DNA of 50,252 nt from IMG/VR virus record IMGVR_UViG_3300033049_000162, positions 1 to 50,252 of that record. One strand, given 5' to 3'. The notes beneath the pieces were generated by a model that was given only the letters and a program-made list of their open reading frames with translations, was not told the DNA's origin and searched no databases. Each line of letters starts with the position of its first letter. Position 1 is the first letter of the stretch. Origin of the DNA: a virus (lineage: Duplodnaviria > Caudoviricetes). This document shows, in pieces, positions 16,481 to 27,700 of the stretch. Both the position numbers and the translations under genes were made by a program.

Positions 16481-19400
16481 TATTTCCTCATCGTCATTGC
16501 ATGGATGTAGCGTTGTGACACGTTCACATTACCGCCCGAATCTGAGCGCAACTGAAGCTCAAACGTTCCCGCAATTAAAGTTGAATCATGTCTTGAAATA
16601 TTCAAAGTTCCTGCACTTCGAGCACTTCCTCTGATCTCCACATTGTGATTGTGAATACCGTCTAGACCCATTGAAGCACTGCCAGACAGACTTAAATTAT
16701 GACTATGTGAGCCAGTTGTGTTGGTCGATCCATTGTAGCCATGATTATGTGACGACCCCGATATGGTTCCAGCTGTCGCATTTTGTGTATTGCCAGAATA
16801 TGTATGTGAATGATTTCCTGAATCAGTCATTGAGCCACTAACATTGACTGTTATACCGTGGTTGTGCTGTCCGCTGTTTTGAGTCGTGGTACCGACAGAA
16901 GCATAATCAATAAAATGTACTTCCAAATCTTCAAAGACGACAAATCCATTCTTCAGTACACGGCACAGTAACCGCTGACTAGATGTATAACCTACAAAGC
17001 TAAATACCGACCCAAAAGTTAAAATCGTATGCCCCATATCTGCTGGTACAGCCAAAGTTTGAATAGTGGTATAACTCGTACCAATGGTCAGATTCGCTTC
17101 AGCAAATGCAGAAACAGGTACTGTCACAGCATTGTCTCTAATATTCAGCGTATCTACAGCTAATTTATCAATCTGGCCATTACCTACGGCTAAATTATCA
17201 ATCTTACCTCTCGTCACAGCTAAATCATCAATTTGGCCAGTCTTTACAGCAAGCTTATCAATATGTGATGTTTTTACGGACTGATAATCCATAAACACTG
17301 ATTTCAAGTATGCAGCAACAGGAAATACAGTACCTGTGACCGGATCAGTAAATGGTGTGGTTCGGAAAATGAACGGATAAGAAACAGTTCCATTACTTCC
17401 ACTTCCAATAGCAAATGAATCAAAATTTAAAATAAATTGAGATTCAACACCATTATTTGCACCACCCCACCCTGCGATTTTTCCATTTACATCCAGCTTG
17501 ATAAATTTCTGCGCGTAAAGACCATTAACAGATTGTGTCACCTCTTGAACAGCAGCTTTATTACCATTCAATTCTGTTTGGACTGTATCGGTCCGAATGG
17601 CTTGCGCCATATCTGCTTCGATTCGTGCTGATTGTTCAGACCATACACCAGCATATCCACCTGAATTACCAATTAAATCAGACTCAGAACCAATCAATGG
17701 CGGATTGATCTGTGCATAAACACCATTCAGCATGGTTGTATTTGCAGTGACACGATTATCAACAGCAGATAATTCCGACTTGACCTGATTTAAAGCACCA
17801 GTACTTGCTTTATCATCAAGCTCCAAATTTAAAGCATCGATTAGCACCGCATTTGCATTTGATTTATCAACTGCAATTTGTGCTGAGTTTCTCACAGTTG
17901 CTAAAGCTTGATCATTCTCAACAATATAAGTATCAATCTTTTGTACAGTGGCCTTATCTCCCTCTATACGTGCTTGAACTTCTTGCTGTGCATAGGCTTG
18001 AACATCATTGACTTGAGCAACAGTTGTATCAATACGCTTACTTAAAACTAAATCTCCCTCAATCATTGCGGATTGAAGCGACCAGGTCCCTGCAAAGCCT
18101 TGATCATTGCCGATTAAATCTGTTGCTGAACCAATCATAGGAGGATTCAATTGCGCATAAACACCATCGGTTTTTTCAGCAGTCAATTTCAGATTATCTG
18201 CAACAACCTTAATTTCTGATTGTGCAGCTGCTATACCATCCTCACTAGATTTCTTAACTGTATCAACAACCTGAAGTACTGAATCATCACCATCAATAAT
18301 TTGCTGAGATAAGCCATCTTTGGCTTGTTGAATCGCGTACTGACGATCAACAATTTCTTGATTGATCAGATCCTTTGTATTCTGAATGTCCTGCTTAATT
18401 GGTCCTATTTCTGCATCTACCGCTTCAATATGATCAATCTTAGTTTGCAGATCCTGATGAAGTTGCGTTTCAGTAATCTTATTTTCCAAGATTTCCAAAA
18501 TATTCGATGCATCTGCTGAAGTGGTTGCATTAGTCCAGCTTGACCAAGGACCAATATTTCCAATTCGATCAATCAAACGGGCACGATAATATTGCTTTAG
18601 ATTTGGCTGTAATCCTTGCAATGTATGCGTTGTCGTTGGATATGCAAACAATCCCAATTGCGCAATATTACTTACGCCATCGGGTGAAACTTGAATTTCC
18701 GTATAAGCTGTATCTAATGCACCAACCGCAGGAAAACCCCAATCCAATTTGATACCAAACAAAATCCCCGTTGCATTGATGAACGCCAATGCAGGCGGTG
18801 TACCTTGCTTCCCTTTCAGCTCTGTAATGATAGAGAATGTTGGCAAAGATGCCACTTCAAAAGCATTAATCGCTGTGACTTTTGCCTGGTAATTTCCTGA
18901 ATAAATGCCTTGAACTTCAACAGAATTATTACCCGTGATTGGCAACTTAATCCAAGAGCCATCATCTTTGCGCCACTCCACCAAATACTTCACAGCACTG
19001 ATCGCTTGTGGCCAGGAGATTAACATCGTGGCAACAGTCAAGCCCTGTTGGACCATATCATCAGAAGATACTGAAACAGATTCGACAGGTGACTGAATAT
19101 TTGGATTAATGGTCGTTATTGGTCGATCATCAATAAACGTGCCTTGGTCAATCGCATCAAATTTTGCAGGATTATATTGTAAACCTGTGATCGTAAATTG
19201 ATGTGTTTCATCTCGCGTGATTGACACGACTCTAAACTTCATTGTTGCCAAGTCTTGAGCATCAACAACCCACACGTTCTGCGCTGCAACAGAATCAAAT
19301 GCAGCTACAACGGTAATCACTCTGCCATTTTTTGACTGAACAATTCGCGCCTGTGCTTTGCCATCTTCACCATTTACAACAAGACGATCACCAGCGCGAC

Positions 19401-20955
19401 AGATCACGTCATCACGATCTACAGTGATGCTTTTTAAATTTGCACTGACTGAAGAAATACGTCCGCCATTGGCACGTCCTGCAAAGATTGGATCAGCAAT
19501 TTCAATCACTTTGCCTGGGCGAGGAATAAACCCATCTAGACCGACTTTAAATGTCACTGTACGCGTTTCAAACTGTTCAGTTTTTAATGCCCAATTTCCC
19601 GCACGTTGTGCCTGACCCACTGAAGTACAACCATAGGCAGAGATGTCTAAAATTCGAATACCATATTTTGCAATTGCAGCTTCATCACGAACAATTTCAT
19701 ATTCAGTTTTATAACGATTTTCTGGATTGTCATAAGCCACTTTAGCAATGGTATGACGATCACGTGCACGTGTGCCTGAATACTCAAAACGACCATCAAT
19801 GACATTGGCACTTGTGAATGTATAAACAGTGTCTTGCGGAATATCAGCATCACAAACAATTGATTGACCATCCCAATACACATATGCTCGAAACGCGCCA
19901 GCCATTTTTGATAAAACAGACCAGGCATCATCTTGAGATTGTTCATAAACATTCAAAGTGAATCGTGGTTCTTGTCCACCTTTACCATCAGGCACAAGCT
20001 GATCACAATATTGACCCAAGCGATAAATAGACCACTTATCAATCATGGATGAATTGATGCGATTACCCAGTGCATAACGTTTCGCAGTACATGCATCATA
20101 AAAATGCCATGCAGGATTGTTCGTATAAGCACGTTTAAAAGTACCATCCCATAATCCGGTATAAATACGTGTTTCTGGGTTATAGTTGCTTGGCACGAGG
20201 ATTTCAACACCTTCACATTCAACTGCCATTTTTGCGACATTTGAAAACGTTTGCGCATCATATCGCAGACCAAGCAAAGCGGTATTAGGATAACGTAGCT
20301 TTGCATCAATCACTTCAGTGACTGCCTGCACATACATTTTATCGCTGATAAATTCTGAGTTGGTGTTTGGTGTCAAACGTCGAATACGCACTTGCCAACC
20401 CGAATCAGCTTTTGGCAATTCAATGCGGTGTGAACGCTCATAGTTGGCTGAGGTTTTATCAGAAATTTGAGTATTTAAAACTTCTGTCCACGTACCGCCA
20501 TCAGTTTGCACATCAACCGCATAACGAATGGTATATCCATTCACATCACCATTGCTTTCATTCTGTTGGCGTAATGGTCCCCAACGCAAGCGCAAACGAA
20601 CCGCATCAAGTTCTGTTTTATTAAATGCTTTGACCCAAGGCGTTTCAGACTTTAACTCAACCCCTATGGCAGTTTCAGATGAAATATCTGGAAAACCTTC
20701 AATATAAGTTTGATCGTTTGTACCTTCTCTAAAATCAACACTGACATTTTCAAAGTTCCAATTGCCATTTGCGTCCTGTAGAGGTGTGTCATCTAAAAAA
20801 ATAGATTGATAACCTTTGGATAGTCCCTTAATTGCCCCTTCAGACAAACCATAAAGGATTTTGATAAAAGTTTTAGATTGTGCTGAGTCAAGATCAATCA
20901 CTGGCTGACGTGGCTGTTGTGCCCCAGCTTTTGCGCCCTTAATTGTATTCGTCAT
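16480..20955 (-). CDS. J: Central tail fibre / host specificity protein J
   Basis: LSEGAI, YPNTAL, TNNPAW, FN3 domains, coiled coil, DUF1983-like KLDVNGKIAGWG; after gpI. Confidence 0.95.
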   Translation of the reverse strand: MTNTIKGAKAGAQQPRQPVIDLDSAQSKTFIKILYGLSEGAIKGLSKGYQSIFLDDTPLQDANGNWNFENVSVDFREGTNDQTYIEGFPDISSETAIGVELKSETPWVKAFNKTELDAVRLRLRWGPLRQQNESNGDVNGYTIRYAVDVQTDGGTWTEVLNTQISDKTSANYERSHRIELPKADSGWQVRIRRLTPNTNSEFISDKMYVQAVTEVIDAKLRYPNTALLGLRYDAQTFSNVAKMAVECEGVEILVPSNYNPETRIYTGLWDGTFKRAYTNNPAWHFYDACTAKRYALGNRINSSMIDKWSIYRLGQYCDQLVPDGKGGQEPRFTLNVYEQSQDDAWSVLSKMAGAFRAYVYWDGQSIVCDADIPQDTVYTFTSANVIDGRFEYSGTRARDRHTIAKVAYDNPENRYKTEYEIVRDEAAIAKYGIRILDISAYGCTSVGQAQRAGNWALKTEQFETRTVTFKVGLDGFIPRPGKVIEIADPIFAGRANGGRISSVSANLKSITVDRDDVICRAGDRLVVNGEDGKAQARIVQSKNGRVITVVAAFDSVAAQNVWVVDAQDLATMKFRVVSITRDETHQFTITGLQYNPAKFDAIDQGTFIDDRPITTINPNIQSPVESVSVSSDDMVQQGLTVATMLISWPQAISAVKYLVEWRKDDGSWIKLPITGNNSVEVQGIYSGNYQAKVTAINAFEVASLPTFSIITELKGKQGTPPALAFINATGILFGIKLDWGFPAVGALDTAYTEIQVSPDGVSNIAQLGLFAYPTTTHTLQGLQPNLKQYYRARLIDRIGNIGPWSSWTNATTSADASNILEILENKITETQLHQDLQTKIDHIEAVDAEIGPIKQDIQNTKDLINQEIVDRQYAIQQAKDGLSQQIIDGDDSVLQVVDTVKKSSEDGIAAAQSEIKVVADNLKLTAEKTDGVYAQLNPPMIGSATDLIGNDQGFAGTWSLQSAMIEGDLVLSKRIDTTVAQVNDVQAYAQQEVQARIEGDKATVQKIDTYIVENDQALATVRNSAQIAVDKSNANAVLIDALNLELDDKASTGALNQVKSELSAVDNRVTANTTMLNGVYAQINPPLIGSESDLIGNSGGYAGVWSEQSARIEADMAQAIRTDTVQTELNGNKAAVQEVTQSVNGLYAQKFIKLDVNGKIAGWGGANNGVESQFILNFDSFAIGSGSNGTVSYPFIFRTTPFTDPVTGTVFPVAAYLKSVFMDYQSVKTSHIDKLAVKTGQIDDLAVTRGKIDNLAVGNGQIDKLAVDTLNIRDNAVTVPVSAFAEANLTIGTSYTTIQTLAVPADMGHTILTFGSVFSFVGYTSSQRLLCRVLKNGFVVFEDLEVHFIDYASVGTTTQNSGQHNHGITVNVSGSMTDSGNHSHTYSGNTQNATAGTISGSSHNHGYNGSTNTTGSHSHNLSLSGSASMGLDGIHNHNVEIRGSARSAGTLNISRHDSTLIAGTFELQLRSDSGGNVNVSQRYIHAMTMRK

Positions 20956-21007
20956 AAATTCCTCAAGCATAAAAAAAGGCGCTTAATGCGCCTGGACTCA
21001 ACTTTAT

Positions 21008-21670
21008 TCACATCATGTCTTCAGGATATTGTCCTGCTGAAACAATGAATCCACCAATCTCGCGTTTACCACGCAATACAGGTACTGGATTACCCTGGGC
21101 AATCGTTGTCACTGCACCACCAAACCCATAGTTGGCTCGATTGCCGTCTTGATTTTGATTGGCATTCGGATCAACGCTAGGTACCATCATTTGCGCAACA
21201 CCACCAATCAACATCCCTACACCAGCGCTAAATAATGTTGTCGATGTTGCGCCCCAAGCCGCCATTGAAGCTCCACCTGTGTAAAATGCAGCAACAACCA
21301 TTACCACTCCAAGCACCAGCTGCAAAGCTCCATTATCTCCACCTGCACCCATGACCCGAGGCACAATCTTGATTTCACTTGTATCAGTGATCATATCCAG
21401 TTCGGTTTCACCGATATTGTGACCCGATATGATTCGCCCACTGGATGCGTCAAAACACGCTGCTTTTTTCTTGCCACGCTGTTTGGCTTTACTGTCTGTA
21501 AAAATTGCAAAAGCTAAACCACGTTCATGCGCACCAAGCATAAAGTTTTCAAAACCATCAATCTGGGCAGATAAAGCTCGTATTGCTTCACGTGGACTTG
21601 CAACATCAAGCTTAAATTGATGACCAAACTTTTGACCCAGCACACCATAGAGCTTAATCGTTTTTAACAT
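21008..21670 (-). CDS. I: Tail assembly protein I
   Basis: IKLYGVLGQKFG...EAIRAL; QGNPVPVLRG. Confidence 0.92.
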   Translation of the reverse strand: MLKTIKLYGVLGQKFGHQFKLDVASPREAIRALSAQIDGFENFMLGAHERGLAFAIFTDSKAKQRGKKKAACFDASSGRIISGHNIGETELDMITDTSEIKIVPRVMGAGGDNGALQLVLGVVMVVAAFYTGGASMAAWGATSTTLFSAGVGMLIGGVAQMMVPSVDPNANQNQDGNRANYGFGGAVTTIAQGNPVPVLRGKREIGGFIVSAGQYPEDMM

Positions 21671-22409
21671 CTCTGTGTCTCACTGTGACAGCAACACGCT
21701 CTTGCCATTGTTGGCCAAACACTTCTCGCACTGATTTTCGGTTATATGGATGATGTAAAATCAATGTAGACCCAACGCAAGGCTCTGTTTGCTCTGAGTT
21801 CAATGAAGCATTATCCCCTAGCCAAATCACCGCATGATTGACATGTTCAGTTCGTCCTACTCGACATAACATGACGTCACCATATTGCAAATCAGTGACT
21901 TCGCTAAAACCTGCTTTACTGAAATTATCCAAATACAATGAAGCATTTCCAGCAGATTCCCACCAACGATCTAGGCGCTCAAAATTAGGCAATGCAATAT
22001 TGTATTCACGCTGATAAAAATCCCGAACAAGTGAATAACAATCTTGCCAACCATGATGATAATTTCGTCCGATCAAAGGGACTTGGTAGCCGCTAGGCTG
22101 ATACAATTGAAATTCAATATCAGGATAAGCACATATCACCCAAGGTTTTTTATGCAATTCGATTTGAATTAAGTCCAGTTCAGAAGCTTTTGCCGAAGCA
22201 TTCGGATGAGAATGCACATAGGCTTGGATTTCCCCCATATCTTCAGCGTGTGCAAGGTCCACAGGATCTATTTCAAACTGATCCTGTTGTGCTGAAATGT
22301 TTGTACAGCGAACATAAGAATTGTTGATAATCACACCGCAACATTCGATTGGATACATTTCAGCGGCATGCAAATGGATCTCTTTTTTAAGTTTTGCTGA
22401 TAGCTTCAT
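21654..22409 (-). CDS. K: Tail tip assembly protein K (JAB + NlpC/P60)
   Basis: YPIECCG, VHSHP, DCYSLVRD, NHAVI. Confidence 0.93.
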   Translation of the reverse strand: MKLSAKLKKEIHLHAAEMYPIECCGVIINNSYVRCTNISAQQDQFEIDPVDLAHAEDMGEIQAYVHSHPNASAKASELDLIQIELHKKPWVICAYPDIEFQLYQPSGYQVPLIGRNYHHGWQDCYSLVRDFYQREYNIALPNFERLDRWWESAGNASLYLDNFSKAGFSEVTDLQYGDVMLCRVGRTEHVNHAVIWLGDNASLNSEQTEPCVGSTLILHHPYNRKSVREVFGQQWQERVAVTVRHRDVKND

Positions 22410-22412
22410 AAA

Positions 22413-23213
22413 TCACCCAATCATGTTAGCGGCAGGTTGACCACCAAAACTGCCTTCATTTTTTCGAATTTTGCAGGAACTTAAACGACCACCACATTTA
22501 TCCAATGCAGGATTATCTGTAGGTTCATTTTTCTCAGTGAACATGGCTGCACCTGTATAACCGCATTCTTCACCACGATAATCACCCATCATGCACCAGT
22601 GGCATTGACTGCTGATTTGACGCATTGGAATTCGTTGACCTTCGAAATCAATCGGATTCGACAATTCAAACGTCACTTGCTCCATGTTTTCAGAGGTTTT
22701 TTGTTCAATAAACCAAAGTTGCTTTTCAGCTTCATTGGAAGCTGTGGAATTGCCCTGACTGAAATTTTCAGCATCAAGATATTTAGCCAAGGTTTCAATG
22801 ATGGTTAGCTTTGCGCCTGCAAAATCATTGAACTGTAAACAATAAGCAGAAACCGCATTTTGAAGTCCGTCGATATTGTTCGCCATTGATAATGTTGGAC
22901 TTGATGCCTTCCCTGACGAATTCATCTCTAAGCCAGTGGCTTGAATAGACATTGCAGAAAATGTTTGACCTTGCCAAATGATATTCCGCTGCCAAACTTT
23001 CTCTGTGCCAACATCAAAAACTTTTCCAATTGAACCAGTATCCGCCCCCATCAAGGCATCTGAACCAATTGAGCTATAAATCTTTTCCCAATCTTGATAA
23101 GAGATATGCCCATGAAAACGTAAAACGCCAGCTCCTAATTTGCTGGCGTCTAATTCAAATAATGTTACGATTCCATCTGCATATAGCTTCTGAAAATCAC
23201 TGCTGAGGCTCAT
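22413..23213 (-). CDS. L: Minor tail protein L
   Basis: TLAKYLDAENF, FELSNP, four-Cys Fe-S motif CHWC...C...C...C. Confidence 0.93.
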   Translation of the reverse strand: MSLSSDFQKLYADGIVTLFELDASKLGAGVLRFHGHISYQDWEKIYSSIGSDALMGADTGSIGKVFDVGTEKVWQRNIIWQGQTFSAMSIQATGLEMNSSGKASSPTLSMANNIDGLQNAVSAYCLQFNDFAGAKLTIIETLAKYLDAENFSQGNSTASNEAEKQLWFIEQKTSENMEQVTFELSNPIDFEGQRIPMRQISSQCHWCMMGDYRGEECGYTGAAMFTEKNEPTDNPALDKCGGRLSSCKIRKNEGSFGGQPAANMIG

Positions 23214-24366
23214 AAGTTACCTCATCATAAATAGGATTGCCGTTGTCATCGAGCACAGGTACATCATCAAAGATTGGGTTATTCTCACTATCAACAGCTT
23301 GCACCCATTCAAATACTGGCTCGCCTTTATCATTGATAACAGGTTGATTGCTCAAGATTGGAGTACCATTTTTATCTGTTTGAATGTGGGTAACTGGCTT
23401 TTGATATTTTTGCCCATCCACAATGACTGAATTTCCAGCATCATCAAATAGATCTTCATATTTGGTGATATAAGTCAGTTGCGGTGCATATTTCACTTGT
23501 TGAACCATTCGAGGTTGCTTTTCAGTCCGTGGTACTTTTCTGACAACAGTTTTAGCAATTGAATGAAGTCGAACATCAATCCAACGCGGTTCACCATTTG
23601 CGTTGTTTGGAATATCAATAGGCATATCTAAATTTGCAACAATATCCCCTTCATCATTTAGCTTTTTCTTGAATGTCTTAATTTCAAGATCACCATTTTC
23701 TAATGTTTGATATTCAACAGCGCAAATACGATTGCCATTACTATCTGTCGGAACCTCAATCCACCAACCTTCTTTAGCAAATCCAAGCGTATTTTTAATT
23801 AGATAATGACCAACTCCAACTTTTTCAAAAATTGGATTTTGTTCAGAAGCTTCTTCATTTGATTCAATTTTATTGGCAAATAATTGAATAACTGGTGATG
23901 CTCCTTTTAAGAAACCGTTGCTATCCTTAATCACATTTCCAGTATGATAAAATAAACGATGCCCTCCTGGTGCCCATCCATTATTCGCATCCCATGTCCT
24001 AAAACCAACTTGGTTTGTTTGGTTAAGCCCAAATAATATTTGTGATAAAGCAGAATTATCAACCCATGGAATATTTATTCCCATTCGATAAGATTGAATA
24101 TTAGACGTATCACCCGGATCTACTTCTCCAATTGCAAAAAAACGTCCCGTAAATTCTTTTTTATTGCTATTTTCAAAGCCGGTTACTTTCGAACCCACAC
24201 CAAATGCTCCAACCTCCATTACATTGCCAGCACTTGTGCCCACATAGCGACTTGCTGCATGCGTATTGTTCGTAAAGTTTTCATTTATTTTTGTGCCAGT
24301 TGAACGAAAGGTATCGCCACCAGCACCACTTGGTGCAGTGCCTAAATTAATTGTTTGATATGTCAT
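23197..24366 (-). CDS. Side tail fibre-like protein between M and L
   Basis: N-terminal INLG...GDTFRS..KINENF anchor motif; DSNGFLKGASP...RWIDVRL fibre C-terminal domain; DxxGxP repeats. Confidence 0.7.
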   Translation of the reverse strand: MTYQTINLGTAPSGAGGDTFRSTGTKINENFTNNTHAASRYVGTSAGNVMEVGAFGVGSKVTGFENSNKKEFTGRFFAIGEVDPGDTSNIQSYRMGINIPWVDNSALSQILFGLNQTNQVGFRTWDANNGWAPGGHRLFYHTGNVIKDSNGFLKGASPVIQLFANKIESNEEASEQNPIFEKVGVGHYLIKNTLGFAKEGWWIEVPTDSNGNRICAVEYQTLENGDLEIKTFKKKLNDEGDIVANLDMPIDIPNNANGEPRWIDVRLHSIAKTVVRKVPRTEKQPRMVQQVKYAPQLTYITKYEDLFDDAGNSVIVDGQKYQKPVTHIQTDKNGTPILSNQPVINDKGEPVFEWVQAVDSENNPIFDDVPVLDDNGNPIYDEVTYEPQQ

Positions 24367-24416
24367 GATTTTCTCACAATAAAAAACCGCCTTTCGGCGG
24401 CTTTTGAATATTTAAT

Positions 24417-24758
24417 TTAAGGGTAAAAAACTTGGGTAAATGTTGTTGAGATTTGCCACATGCCAGCTCCCAAACTGGTGATTTGATATTCACCCGCTTT
24501 AACTCGAACCTCTCCCTCCATTGGATCGTCCCACAGAAAAGAATCAGCACCTTTATGGTCATCAAAAAAGGCTTTAATCTCTCGAATTAAAGCCTCATTA
24601 CCAGTTTTAGCAAATTGCCAAACCCCAGATTTATTGTTTATTCCAACGGACACGTTTTGCTCATAGCCATCACCAAACTTACTGGTCAATACCTTAAAGT
24701 TATTGGTCTGTGAACTATTGGCTAAATCAGGGCATATTGAAAGCTTTCTATCACTCAT
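24417..24758 (-). CDS. M: Minor tail (distal tail) protein M
   Basis: FGDGYEQ...GIN...FFDDHKGADSFLW; SD GAGG before ATG 24758. Confidence 0.9.
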   Translation of the reverse strand: MSDRKLSICPDLANSSQTNNFKVLTSKFGDGYEQNVSVGINNKSGVWQFAKTGNEALIREIKAFFDDHKGADSFLWDDPMEGEVRVKAGEYQITSLGAGMWQISTTFTQVFYP

Positions 24759-24799
24759 ACAACCTCTATAAATATTTATTAAAGCAAATGACTTAAAAA

Positions 24800-27700
24800 T
24801 CACTTTCTTTGAAAAGCTTTATCTAATGGATAACCTTGTTTCATATTCCGCTGAATCCCACGATCAACAGCCCCATCCACCATTTTTCCAATTTCAACCA
24901 ATAAGCTTCCATCAGGTCCAGTAGATGTTTGCACCTTATCGTTGCCATAATTATTAATAACGACATTGACGCCACTCCCTGCACTTTGACGCTGATTAAG
25001 ATAGTTAGTTAAATCCTTATTTTGTTGAGGATTTAACACACGTTCACCGCCATCGAGCAACCATGTACCCTCACGAGGAATATTGTCGATACCGTTATGC
25101 GCCATACCAGCCAATGCTTGAGATGCAATCAAACCAACATTCATCATCCCCATTGCTAACATAGCTTTCGAAGCAGAAACCTTTGCTCCAAAAAATGGAA
25201 TCGTAGCATCAGCTGCTACTTGCGAAGCTGCTAGTACCGCTGAAATGTACGCAGAACCCATTGCAAATGACTGTTGAGCAAGGAACATAACTTTAAAAGA
25301 TGCCGATTGTTCTCCATTGGCGTCTTTGACAGCTTGAGTGAGTTGCGAAAAAGTATTCTGCGCCTGACCCAATAAATTCCCCCAAATTGAAAGTTGATTC
25401 TCATGCTGGCTCTTAATCAAATCACTTTCCTTTTGAGAATATTCATCATCTAAAGCTGCTTTAGCTTGTAAATATTGCTCATGTGCTACCAACAACTGCG
25501 CGTTCAGTTCATTCTCATCATCAACAGCAGAAAAAATCCCTCCACGTTGTTCTGAATAAGCCTTATTCAATGCCCCCTGTTGACCGTAATACTGGTTCTC
25601 CAAATCAGTCCACGCGGCTTTATTTGGTTGATTTCTTCTATAAACATAATCAAGACTTTGATATGACATATCATCTATCTTTTGACTATTTTTCAGAAGA
25701 ACACTGTCAACTCCCATTTGATTGGCTTGTAAAAGCTTTTCTCTGGTTTCCTTGGTCAACTGATAGTTTTTTTGAATCTCTTCACGCTCACGCTTATATC
25801 TGTTAACTACAATATCAGTTTCATTGAGATATGATTCAAATGCAGACTGAACACGCTCCTCTTCCTCACGCTTCACAGCATCAATTTCTGCTTGCTTCGC
25901 ACGCTCTAAAAGTTCTAGACGTTTACTCCGCTCAGCCCCGATATACTTGGTACTCACCTGCATTAAACGAATTTCTTCATCATAACTTTCACGAATCTGT
26001 GAAATTCGATCAGTCTCAAATGCTTTGAGTTGATTAAGCTCTTGTTGGCGACTTACTTCGAGCTGTGTAACTTGCTCTTTATAAAGTACATCTTCTTGAG
26101 CTAATCGTGTTTTAAGCTGATCAGTCCCCGTATAGGCTTGCGTGATTTTATCAATACGGTCTTGATGATCCTTGGCAAGCTTTTCAGACTCTGAATAATA
26201 TTGTCTATCAACCTCTTTACGCTTTTCTGAAAGCTCAAATGCTGCCTGAGCTATATTTGCATTCTGTTGGAGAATATCAGCCTGTGTAGGCATCATAAAT
26301 GAATCATCAATAGTAGTTTTATCATTTACACCAGCAAAATATTTTGCAAATTTAGGGAAATATCCAGCAACCTCTTTCGCCTTAGAGGGTGACATTTGAC
26401 CAGCTTTGTTTCCAATGTTTCCAGCCAAATACTGTTTAGTACCTTCAATACCAGCATTCAGTGACATCATTGCCTTATCTAAGCTTCCAAACTCCTTTAT
26501 CCCTTTTGCTATAGCATCCGCTACTGCTGTCGCTTGAGCTTCAATTGAACTTCTAGAATTAAGTTTATATTCTTTACGGAAAATTCCAGTTGTCTGGAAT
26601 AATCCTGTTGCACCTGTCGGACTTTTAGCATTGAAATTGCCTCCAGACTCACCTAACACGTAGGCTGCCAATGCCCCTTTAGGAAGACCATATAAACCTT
26701 CTATTTGTGCAAAGTTGTTAGCTTTGGCAATACCTTGAACTTTTGCAATAGCTGCCAGATCCTGTTTACCAAAAGTATAATTTTTAGAATTATATCTTTT
26801 TAAAGTAGCATCAATTACATCCTGCTGAAGTGGCGTTTTATAAGCATTCCCCTCATTGGTATTGGCCTGTGCATCTGCAAGGGCATTGGCTTTCTCTGGC
26901 GTAAAGCCACGACCTACCAATTCCGAGATATATTTATCCCGCAATAGATCAGTATTTACTTGCTCGATATATTTTCTTTGCTTTTCAGTGAGATTTTGCC
27001 AAGCACTTGCTGAATCATTGACTGTTTTGGTCTGATCTTTTTGCGATTTATTGACAGAATCAGTTGCGATCTTTAAAGCATCAACAACGTTTTTCTGTGC
27101 ATCCATTTTGGACTTTGCAAGGTCTACTTTTTCTGCAAACTTAACTGTTGTTGAAATTTGCTGATCTGTATAAAGACCTAACTTAACCATACCATTTGCA
27201 AAATCTTCAGCTGAAATACTTCCCGCTTTAAACTTTGCAACAAGGTCATCAATAGCTTTAACAGCCTGCTCACTATCTGCTGAACCATATGCAATATTTA
27301 CAGCAGAATCATAAAATGCCTCTCTTGCTTTACTATAAGCCTCAACATCGTTCTGCAAATCTTTAGTTGCATCATAAGCAAATGCTTGTTGCTTTGCCCT
27401 ACTTAGTCCATTGTAATGACCAATCAAATCTGAAATTGACTTACCTTGCATATCAAATGCTTCAGTTGCATCTTGAGTTTTACGTGTCATCGCATAATAC
27501 GTTCCCCCTGCGATGGCAACCTGTACACCTAACGCAATCAATCCCAATGGACCACCAACAAGGCTTAACATTGCACCGCCCAAACCTCGGGTAACTGTGG
27601 TCAAGGTAATTGTTTCACCCGCCATACGTGCCAAAGCGATTTGATACCTTGTATATTGTATTAAACTTGCCGCAGCTTGCCCCCCAGCAATAACGAATGC

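Noticed and set aside
16480-24366. DGR or invertible tail-fibre cassette
   Set aside because: No reverse transcriptase or invertase in the window; the J repeats differ at all base types rather than only at adenines
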